From the NCBI GenBank assembly GCA_019057795.1, contig JAHLWS010000045.1, positions 1-24,785 on the forward strand: a DNA stretch of 24,785 nt, read 5' to 3'. The notes beneath the pieces were generated by a model, which saw only the letters and a program-made list of their open reading frames with translations, was not told the origin of the DNA and ran no database searches. The position numbers were made by a program, and so were the translations under genes. Below are positions 9,173 to 16,836 of the stretch, piece after piece. Within the stretch, counting starts at the first letter, position 1; every line of letters starts with the position of its first letter. The stretch comes from Promethearchaeota archaeon. Its GTDB lineage: Archaea > Asgardarchaeota > Lokiarchaeia > Sigyniarchaeales > SOKP01.

Positions 9173-10951
9173 CTTAATTGATAAATTACACTCACCCGAC
9201 AAAAATACGCTCGGGCGAAACCTAAAAGAGTAACATTTATCTTCGTATTTTCCTTATTATTATTAATGCCTGCAAAACCTAACGACATTCGTACGGCCAC
9301 GAGGTATACCTATTGGGATTCTCCCGAAGAATTCACTTGTCCCCTCTGTAATTCGAAACTACGACACGAGTTTAATAACGGAGGCCGAAGAATTGAGACA
9401 ATGAAAGGACCGCTCTGGGTAGTCACCAATTATTATAGCTGTACTAATCAAGATTGTGAAATGCATAAAGCATTTCCAGCCGTGTATCCTTCTACTATAA
9501 AACGTAAGCGATTTGCCTTGGATGTATGGGCTAAGGTGATCCAGCACTATTTCAAGCATCATCTGAACTACTCGCTAATCGTGGAGCTCATGTGGGACGA
9601 TTGGGAGGTCTCCATTTCGAGGGGCACAGTAAAGCATATCTGTGAATATTTTGAGATGTCCGGTAAGCAATACATGGACGAGAAGGTCCTTAATGACGTT
9701 AAATCAAGTGGGAAAATCGTCTTATCGTTGGATGGAGCTCAACCCGTTAAAAAGGAGCCTTCTCTATGGGTTTTTTCTGATCGCCTTACAGGACACGTGT
9801 TAATAGCAAGAAACCTGGAATCCGCACCAGCATCCAAACTTGAAGGCTTATTACAGGAAATTGAAGAACTCTACGAGGTACCAGTAGTTGCTGTAATTTC
9901 TGATAAACAAAGGAATATTGTTAATGCCGTCAAATCTTTCAATAGGAAAATCCCTCATGTTTTCTGTCAATATCACTTTCTTGACCACATCGCCGAGCTA
10001 ATTGCATCAAAAGATTCTCATCTCAAGACAACAATTAAAAAAGCTGTCAGACAATTATCTATCGTTGCCAAAAGCAACCTTGCTGATTCAAATGATTTAT
10101 ACAAGCTTTTCTTACCAATCAGTGAGGAGTTAAAGTGTGCAATATCGGCACGAGGAGATCGCTTCAAGATATTTCCCGGGATTGAATGTCACGCCAATCT
10201 AAAATATGTGGTTGATAAATTAGAGCCTTTCAGATCGTATCCATTAAGTCCAAAGCTCTCTCACTCGCTTGGTTCTTTAATCAATGCCCTTACTACCCTT
10301 CTCTCTGAAACCCAACAGTTGCGAGACGAGATCACCTCTTTGATTCCTGATCTCGAGAATATTAGAAGGATCTTTGGAAAACGAGCAAATCGCTCTCAAT
10401 TCATCCAGAAGCAAATAGATAAATGGGTATATAAGCTTCAGAGTCGCCTAAAGAGACGGAGTCTAGAGTATAATCCCCACAATATTAAGTGGCAACAGTC
10501 TTCCCACAAGCTTTCTTGCGAGAAAGTCTGGCAACAGTGGATACGGTTAGTTAATTCATATAGAGAGGGTCTATTCGTAGCGTACGATGACGACCAGCTA
10601 GAGTTCACCAATAATGCCAAAGAACAATTATTTCATCGCAGCAAGCATCATTTTCGGTCATTAATGGGAAGAGAAAACATATCAAGAATCTTTCTCGAGC
10701 ACGGTGGACTTTACTCTCAGCTAATAGATATAGATTATTCCAAGAAAAATGTCACTAGCATCCTTTTAGCAAGCGAGACACCGCTCACTGAATTCAGTAG
10801 GAGAAACTTTACGGCTCAATACGCTATGGTAAAGCGTACATGGAGAATCCGGGAGATTGATACGGGAAACTTCGCTCAATTTGAAGAAAATCTAAGGGAG
10901 TTAGGGAGCACCTAAATGATTTTGTCGAGTGAGTGGGGATTATCAATTAAG
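9173..10951 (+). mobile_element. Complete insertion sequence, 1779 bp
   Basis: TIRs CTTAATTGATAAATTACACTCACCCGACAAAA (9173-9204) and reverse complement CTTAATTGATAATCCCCACTCACTCGACAAAA (10920-10951), 27/32 identical. Flanked by A8 on both sides (9165-9172; 10952-10959). Single transposase, GC higher than the flanks. Confidence 0.9.
9266..10915 (+). CDS. DDE transposase (IS256/ISL3/Mutator-like superfamily)
   Basis: N-terminal Zn ribbon (CPLC...CTNQDC), VLSLDG, VISDK, CQYH (CxxH), and TNNAKE motifs. Confidence 0.88.
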   Translation: MPAKPNDIRTATRYTYWDSPEEFTCPLCNSKLRHEFNNGGRRIETMKGPLWVVTNYYSCTNQDCEMHKAFPAVYPSTIKRKRFALDVWAKVIQHYFKHHLNYSLIVELMWDDWEVSISRGTVKHICEYFEMSGKQYMDEKVLNDVKSSGKIVLSLDGAQPVKKEPSLWVFSDRLTGHVLIARNLESAPASKLEGLLQEIEELYEVPVVAVISDKQRNIVNAVKSFNRKIPHVFCQYHFLDHIAELIASKDSHLKTTIKKAVRQLSIVAKSNLADSNDLYKLFLPISEELKCAISARGDRFKIFPGIECHANLKYVVDKLEPFRSYPLSPKLSHSLGSLINALTTLLSETQQLRDEITSLIPDLENIRRIFGKRANRSQFIQKQIDKWVYKLQSRLKRRSLEYNPHNIKWQQSSHKLSCEKVWQQWIRLVNSYREGLFVAYDDDQLEFTNNAKEQLFHRSKHHFRSLMGRENISRIFLEHGGLYSQLIDIDYSKKNVTSILLASETPLTEFSRRNFTAQYAMVKRTWRIREIDTGNFAQFEENLRELGST

Positions 10952-10964
10952 AAAAAAAAGGGAA

Positions 10965-13358
10965 TTAATCATTTTCTTTTAAAATTTTATTGAGAGTTTC
11001 TATAGCATTTTCTATAATCCTTTTTGAATACACTTTTTTTATGGTTTTTGCCATCATTTTATAGGATCCTGTGACTTCAATTTCTATTTCAATAAAGACG
11101 CCAATACCTGAATCTATATCTTCAAAGTTTATTGTATAAGAAACTTCACCAGGAGAAGGAACAACTTCGAATTTTGTAGAACGTTCAGTTCTTGGGCCAA
11201 TTTCATTGGTTGAAATTTCTTTTCCCTGAACTACCGTAGTATGTTGTCCAATTGTATCAAAGAGCTTGTTTACTATTTTTCCCAAATCGGCTTGTTTCTC
11301 TTTTAATTCAAATATTAATTGCTTAGCTTCAGGTTCTTGTTTTTCTTTACCACTTACCACAACCCTCACGCGACCGATGTTCCGAATTCGTGCATTGGGT
11401 GTTTGAGAGTCACCTTGCCTTTGCGAGGTTACACGAACTGCCGGGAAGTAAGTACCGCTCTCGGAGAAAGTATAAGTGGTTTTCACCTTAGCACGATTGC
11501 TCTTGGTGTCTTTAAGCTGCTCGGTGACTGGATAGTCGCCATTACCCTCGAAATCCCATTCCACACCAACTACCGAACCTGCATTCGGCGGCGTTTCGAT
11601 AACCGCAGAAAACTTAACTTTCTTCCCAACCTTGACATCTGCACGCTCACCTCCATTTACTGTAAGAGTGACCACCGGTTGAATCCCCTTACGCTCCGCA
11701 GCAGTCGGTGGCACTTCCACTTGACCATCTACCACTTTATATGTAGTACTTGCTGGTGGTGCCACGCCTTTTTCAACCCATGCGCTCACGTCGCGCAGTG
11801 CCTGTTGTAATATACCACTATAGTTGATAACTCGCGTGGTTATAGCTGGATGGGAGTCTAAAGGTGTGATCACCGGTGGTGTATGCATTGCATTGTCAAT
11901 GAACCAGAGCCGATAGTTATCATCAAACTTTTCTCCCAATGCGGCTTTTACCTTCGAGCGATACCAGTCGGCTTGCCAAGGATAGGCAGCCTCGTCCACT
12001 AACATTTCTACTACGATCATCTTACCCTCAAACTTGCCAGTTTGGACCGAACCAGCGCCCTGATACGCATGACGCGGACCCAATATCTCGGGTCGTTGTG
12101 GATACAACGGTTTACCGTCATTGCCCCGGAATTGGTCCCAGACATAGTATTCAGGTGACGGAACTTGATGGCGATGATAGGTTTGAGTTGCGAGATAATT
12201 AGAGTTGTCGATCAGCACTTTATCACCCGCCTTGACAGCTGCCAGAAACCCGTAGTTATCCTCGCCATAGGCCAGAAATACCATGTCATCGAACACTGCA
12301 ACAGCGTAAACCACGCAACCCTCAGCTTCGCCGCTTTTCAAGAATATTGAAGCCCCCTGTATGTCACCTTCAGGCACGCTTTCTAATACAAACCCTGCTG
12401 GGACTGTTACGTTACCAGCTTGCCCAGCAGATATAGACAATGACCCTCCCATTTTCCTGATATCATCGGGCATAATAAGCTTGCTTATAGTTGTATCGTG
12501 TTTTATCCGGGCGTCTAGGAGCGATTGGGTCGGATTCGCTCCGAGATAGCCAGGTTCCTTCCAAAAATCTTCAAAGTATGTGGGATCCCATTTAATCATT
12601 GGGTCAAGGAGCGTAGTTAAGACTCCGGTGTAGCCGAACGCTATTCTCCTGTAATTGAACCAAGCACGTGGCGGAAATCCCATCTTAGTCACTTCGGTAA
12701 GCGCCTCTCGTTCCTCTTCATTTAGATTAGCATACATATCTCCGCTACCACCAGGTTCTACTGCATCGATGATGGTGGACATTTTATCTTTCAACACGCG
12801 CATCGCATGAGCCTGTACCGAGAATACATTGATCATGGCCATTGGTGTTGCGTGAATAAATGGCACCACGCCGTCCCAGACACCGACTGTGTTTTCTATA
12901 CAGCTTATTATCTTATAACCTCCACCGCTACCGCCAAATGCATAACCATAGGGGCGGTGGGAGCCATACATTTCAGAGGCCAAAGCGCGCGAATACTTCA
13001 CCACTGCCACACTGGTCCGATACCCGGCGATAGTGGGATCTTCCCCTGGGAACATATCCAACCTTCCTAGGTTTGATTCCACAAAATAGCCGCCACTCTC
13101 GAATGCAAAGTCTAATGAGTAGGGAGGATCAGGGTAATTTGGTTTCTGTACAACATTTTCGTTCCCAGACATCGGCATGATATACTGGAAGAACCGACCA
13201 TCGTATTGCTCTTTCGGTGGGAAGTAGAACGAGAATCGGGCTTGGGTGTCTTTAAATCCGCCATGGATGTATCGATGGCGTACGGGCTCGTCCCGCCACT
13301 CATCGATATCCACATATGGTTGGGCGAAAAACGGATCGTTTGTCTCACTTGTTTGCAT
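10965..13358 (-). CDS. Alpha/beta-hydrolase-like (tannase-related) protein with PKD-like domain and extra C-terminal domain
   Basis: Nucleophile-elbow-like FGGSGGG, 'WDFEGNGDY...TYTFSESGTYFPAVRV' PKD-like motif, GAGGTGA RBS upstream; 797 aa. Confidence 0.65.
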   Translation of the reverse strand: MQTSETNDPFFAQPYVDIDEWRDEPVRHRYIHGGFKDTQARFSFYFPPKEQYDGRFFQYIMPMSGNENVVQKPNYPDPPYSLDFAFESGGYFVESNLGRLDMFPGEDPTIAGYRTSVAVVKYSRALASEMYGSHRPYGYAFGGSGGGYKIISCIENTVGVWDGVVPFIHATPMAMINVFSVQAHAMRVLKDKMSTIIDAVEPGGSGDMYANLNEEEREALTEVTKMGFPPRAWFNYRRIAFGYTGVLTTLLDPMIKWDPTYFEDFWKEPGYLGANPTQSLLDARIKHDTTISKLIMPDDIRKMGGSLSISAGQAGNVTVPAGFVLESVPEGDIQGASIFLKSGEAEGCVVYAVAVFDDMVFLAYGEDNYGFLAAVKAGDKVLIDNSNYLATQTYHRHQVPSPEYYVWDQFRGNDGKPLYPQRPEILGPRHAYQGAGSVQTGKFEGKMIVVEMLVDEAAYPWQADWYRSKVKAALGEKFDDNYRLWFIDNAMHTPPVITPLDSHPAITTRVINYSGILQQALRDVSAWVEKGVAPPASTTYKVVDGQVEVPPTAAERKGIQPVVTLTVNGGERADVKVGKKVKFSAVIETPPNAGSVVGVEWDFEGNGDYPVTEQLKDTKSNRAKVKTTYTFSESGTYFPAVRVTSQRQGDSQTPNARIRNIGRVRVVVSGKEKQEPEAKQLIFELKEKQADLGKIVNKLFDTIGQHTTVVQGKEISTNEIGPRTERSTKFEVVPSPGEVSYTINFEDIDSGIGVFIEIEIEVTGSYKMMAKTIKKVYSKRIIENAIETLNKILKEND

Positions 13359-13433
13359 AATAATTCACCTCTTTTTTTATTTTATATAAAAATATAAAAT
13401 TAGAACTAAAAAATAAAAAAAAATAATTTAAAA

Positions 13434-14684
13434 TTAATCTCTTTGTCCTAAAACTGTGACGGAACAGACGCTAAATGCCCCACCGAGATTTTGGCATAAA
13501 CCAACCTTAGCATCGGGAACCTGTCTCCCCTCAGCTCGTCCTTGAAGTTGTTTGGTAATCTCTTGAAGCATGCGACAACCAGTTGATCCAATTGGATGAC
13601 CAAAAGATTTCAGTCCACCAGAAGGATTAACCGCAGTCTCCCCATCCCAATTAAATGTTCCATTCTTTAATTCCTCAGCAGCCATTCCACGATCGCAGAA
13701 TTGTAAGTCTTGACAATTTATAAGCTCAGTTATCGTGAAACAGTCGTGTACTTCGGCGGCATCGATTTCCTTTCTTGGATCTGTAATACCCGCCTCTTTA
13801 TATGCGTATTCGGCTGCTTTAACGGTCGCAGGAAAAGCTGTAAAATCCGCTCCAGGGCCGTTAGAAGGAATATACCATGGAAAATTAGTTCTACACGATA
13901 TAGCGTTTGCTTTAACTAATATATAATCGTCCGCGTGAGCATAACTTTCAGCAAGCTCTGGTGTAGTCAATATTAACGCAGCAGCTCCGTCCGACATGGC
14001 GCAGCAGTCAAAGCGACCGAGAGGGTCAGCGATCATTGGGGCTTTCATTACTTGGTCAATCGTGATCTTACTTCGAAAATGCGCTTTTGGGTGGTAAGAA
14101 CCGTTATCGTGGTTTTTAACCGCCACACGCGCTAAATCCTCTTTTGTCCAACCAAATTCGTGAAAACATCTAGTTGCTGCCATCGAAAACATAGCAGGAG
14201 CCGAAGGTAACGGTAAAACGGGGTGTCCAAATATTTTAAAGCCGGGTAAACCGCTTCCGCCCTCGTCCATGAGTCTAGAGCATATTAACAAGGTGTTAAT
14301 ATTGTTTCTCCACTCCACAGGCGAGGACTACATCGTAAGCTCCAGATGCGACGCCAAAACAAGCATTTCGCTGAATCACTATAAGTGATTTCATTTACGA
14401 AAAGCGTCCATCCCCGAAGCGCAATAGTTCTCAGTACGCGTGATAGGAATCCCATCCAATCTTAGGATATCCTCCACTAATGCACCAGACATTCCAGTGA
14501 AGTAGTAGAAGATACCGACCCATGCTGCTTCAACCTCGTCCTTTTTTATTCCCGCATCTTTAAACGCATCCCGAGAAGCTTCAAATAGCAAGTCGTATTG
14601 GTTTTTATCCCATCGTTCGCCATATTTTGTAGCGTCACAGCCAATAATGGCTACTTTATCTCTAATTCCTTTTATTTTACTCAT
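13434..14684 (-). CDS. SCP2-type acetyl-CoA acyltransferase (thiolase), 396 aa, in three exons: 14684-14395, 14365-14306, 14274-13434
   Basis: Joined exons give 1191 nt with ...ENYCASGMDAFRNACFGVASGAYDVVLACGVEKLMDEGGSG..., catalytic Cys, AEVHDCFT, GHPIGSTG and GLCQNLGG. Strong GAGGTGA RBS; no other lesions. Confidence 0.88.
14275..14305 (-). other. Candidate bulge-helix-bulge-type mRNA intron 2 (31 nt)
   Basis: mRNA GGAG-AA|A-C(A)AUAUUAACA-CCU-UGUUAAUAUG-CUCU-AG|A-CUC. The 4-bp helix GGAG/CUCU is flanked by AAA and AGA; excision gives GAG AAA CUC AUG (E K L M). Confidence 0.75.
14366..14394 (-). other. Candidate bulge-helix-bulge-type mRNA intron 1 (29 nt)
   Basis: mRNA UCGU-AA|A-UGA(A)AUCACU-UAU-AGUGAUUCA-GCGA-AA|U-GCU. 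The 4-bp helix UCGU/GCGA is flanked by AAA and AAU; excision gives UUU CGU AAU GCU (F R N A). Confidence 0.75.
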
Positions 14685-14691
14685 TTTTTTT

Positions 14692-14698
14692 TCACCTC
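14692..14698 (-). promoter_or_regulatory. Shine-Dalgarno site GAGGTGA of the thiolase, overlapping the upstream stop codon
   Basis: TAGAGGTGA followed by an A-run and the ATG at 14684; typical archaeal anti-SD complement, implying co-transcription. Confidence 0.8.
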
Positions 14699-16134
14699 TA
14701 ATGTCTTAAGGGCCGACATTTCCAATAGTAGTTATGGAAATCAGCTCCTTCGTGTTCTTTTCTGAAAGTAAGTTCAACTTCCATCCCAATTTTTACGTTC
14801 TCTTCGGGTTTTTGGATTTCCGTCATGTTTAATAACACGCGTCCGCCACCCTCTAAATCAATTACACATCGAGGGACTGGTGTAGCTAAGTAAGCCCCTC
14901 CAACTAGATGATCTAAAGTATACGTAAAAATGGTTCCTTTGTGTGCAAGTTTAATTAGTTCAAGCTGGTCGTCTGCTCTACAAACAGCGCACGAACGCGC
15001 TGTTGTAGGATATTGAACGGTTCCACAGCTAGTGCATTTAAGGCCATACCATCTATAAACAGCGTATGTATCTCGCCACATGGTTACAGCAGAGCTTTTT
15101 CGGACATAACGATCTTTTACAAGTAATTCTTTATTTTCAACAAATACGTTGTAATTCTTCAGAGCGATCATTGATTTTTGGTGTCCTGCTACGCCCAAGT
15201 GCTTCTTTGAGAGTTCTCTTACAGCTTTTCTGTCTGTGATGTGCATTAAAATAGCATCTGCTCCATCTCCATATCCTGCCAAAATTACTTTTGCATCTTC
15301 CTTAGGTCGTTTTAAAGCAGCCATTAGTAGCATGAATGCCATCGGGGTTCCAAAATCGCCTAACTGGAAAAATAAACCGTTTTGAGCGGCTCCTTGTGGA
15401 AACTTCATCATTTTTGAGATTCTCCCGTGAACTCTAGGGTTGTTATAATAATAAGCTGCAATGTCAACTTCTTCTGGTTTTAGATCGTTCCTTTTCATAA
15501 TTTCAGTCATTACTTTCGTAATATTTTTCATGTAGAATTGATTGTCCATTTTGACTTCGAAAGTTCTTATAAATTTATCTTTGTTTGTCCGCTTCCAAGG
15601 TCCTGTTACGTTTGCCGAGATCGAATAATAATCGTCAATAATGAGCGGTAAATCGTCCCCTTCTGCTATTAATAAAGCTGCCGCGCCATCAGCGTAACCG
15701 TATTCCCACATGGTGGAAGGTTCAGGCTCTCTAGTATCAGCAGCGACAATAAGAATGCTTTTTATGTCTTTATTCGCTTTGATTGTATCAATCGCTCTAG
15801 CTAGGGCAGTAGTTCCCGATTTTAATGAATCAGTAAAATCTGCTGTTATTATACCTTCCCTTAAGTCCAATACTGTAGCAATTAAAGAAGCCGAATCTTT
15901 TTCCGTGTAGACTTGAGTAGTTGACGCGAAAAAAAGTCCATCAACGCTTTTTAGGTCGACACCTGCTAAACAATCTAACCCCGCTTCAACCGACATGGTA
16001 ATACTATCTTCGTCCGCGCTTGCAACTGCTTTTGAGCCGGGAATAGAAGGAAAATCCCATGCTTTAGCAATAAGATCGCGAGGAAGCAACCAGCGCGGTA
16101 AATACGCGCCATAACTTTTAATACCAATTGGCAT
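14698..16134 (-). CDS. HMG-CoA synthase/KAS III-like domain fused to a DUF35 (Zn-ribbon + OB-fold) domain
   Basis: GIKSYGAYLPRW, DEDSITMSVEA, G.ADGAAA, AGYGDGADA; C-terminal CTSCGTVQYP...CAVC, GTIFTYT, IGMEVELTFRK, YYWK. Confidence 0.85.
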   Translation of the reverse strand: MPIGIKSYGAYLPRWLLPRDLIAKAWDFPSIPGSKAVASADEDSITMSVEAGLDCLAGVDLKSVDGLFFASTTQVYTEKDSASLIATVLDLREGIITADFTDSLKSGTTALARAIDTIKANKDIKSILIVAADTREPEPSTMWEYGYADGAAALLIAEGDDLPLIIDDYYSISANVTGPWKRTNKDKFIRTFEVKMDNQFYMKNITKVMTEIMKRNDLKPEEVDIAAYYYNNPRVHGRISKMMKFPQGAAQNGLFFQLGDFGTPMAFMLLMAALKRPKEDAKVILAGYGDGADAILMHITDRKAVRELSKKHLGVAGHQKSMIALKNYNVFVENKELLVKDRYVRKSSAVTMWRDTYAVYRWYGLKCTSCGTVQYPTTARSCAVCRADDQLELIKLAHKGTIFTYTLDHLVGGAYLATPVPRCVIDLEGGGRVLLNMTEIQKPEENVKIGMEVELTFRKEHEGADFHNYYWKCRPLRH

Positions 16135-16332
16135 ATTAAATTTTTACCTCTAATATTTTTATTTTTATAATTTAGATTTAAATTAATTAGTTATGTGATT
16201 TTCAATTTTTTACAATAAATATATTTTGTTTTTTAAAATAGCACAAGTATTGAATTTAAAAAGCTAGCTTATTTAAGAGTAAAGGATGTAAAGAACGAAA
16301 ATATTTGGTTTGAACCACTTTTAAAGAAAATC

Positions 16333-16818
16333 TTAGTTTAAATCAAACTTTTTCTCAAGGACAATAATTATAGGCTCGAAACCGACTTTTCCAAAGATAT
16401 CTATCAATCTTTTTACGCCTTTATATGCCATATTAATTCTTATGGCTTCACAACCCCAAGATTTTAAAATTTGAATGGCTCTATCCGCTAGGATTTTACC
16501 AACTCCTCTTCCGATAAATTCTTTCTTGGTAGCCCACGAATTAAGATAGCCAAGGTACTGCCCTAAATTGTTTTTTACTGCTTCTAGCATTCCCATTGAA
16601 ACAACTTGTCCAGAAGATTTTAATTCAGCAATCAAGGTTATACGTTTCAAATTGGGTTTAAATTGTCTTAATCCAGAAGTTTCTCTCCATTTTGCTTCGT
16701 CTAATCCAATGTTAAATTGGCTCTGGAGCTCTCTTAAAATTTCTAAAGTTGCTTGATAATCAGATGTTCGATAATTTCTGATTATTATTTCTTCTTTATC
16801 AATTAATTCGTCAGACAT
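16333..16818 (-). CDS. GNAT family N-acetyltransferase
   Basis: IIRNYRTSD start, motif A KKEFIGRGVGKIL, C-terminal FGKVGF; 161 aa. Confidence 0.8.
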   Translation of the reverse strand: MSDELIDKEEIIIRNYRTSDYQATLEILRELQSQFNIGLDEAKWRETSGLRQFKPNLKRITLIAELKSSGQVVSMGMLEAVKNNLGQYLGYLNSWATKKEFIGRGVGKILADRAIQILKSWGCEAIRINMAYKGVKRLIDIFGKVGFEPIIIVLEKKFDLN

Positions 16819-16836
16819 ATTTCTAACACCATTTTA

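Noticed and set aside
9189-10935. Shorter IS definition using only the inner 16-bp repeats
   Set aside because: No target duplication at those ends; the 32-bp TIR definition yields matching A8 flanks.
11319-13397. Several + strand and alternate-frame ORFs (62-163 aa) overlapping the 797-aa gene, and similar shadow ORFs elsewhere
   Set aside because: They are antisense or alternate-frame shadows of well-supported genes and have no recognisable motifs.
14275-14318. ORF-track start MEWRNNINTLLICSR for a separate 294-aa protein
   Set aside because: These residues come from an out-of-frame exon plus intron 2; there is no RBS and the product would lack the catalytic Cys.
14391-14393. UGA after DAFRK as selenocysteine or read-through
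   Set aside because: A UAG follows four codons later, and the conserved sequence continues in a different frame.
14371-14398. Spliceosomal-looking GTAAAT...TTCAG boundaries inside insert 1
   Set aside because: Removing this 28-nt GT-AG segment leaves the thiolase out of frame, and insert 2 has no GT donor. The BHB cut rule fits both inserts.
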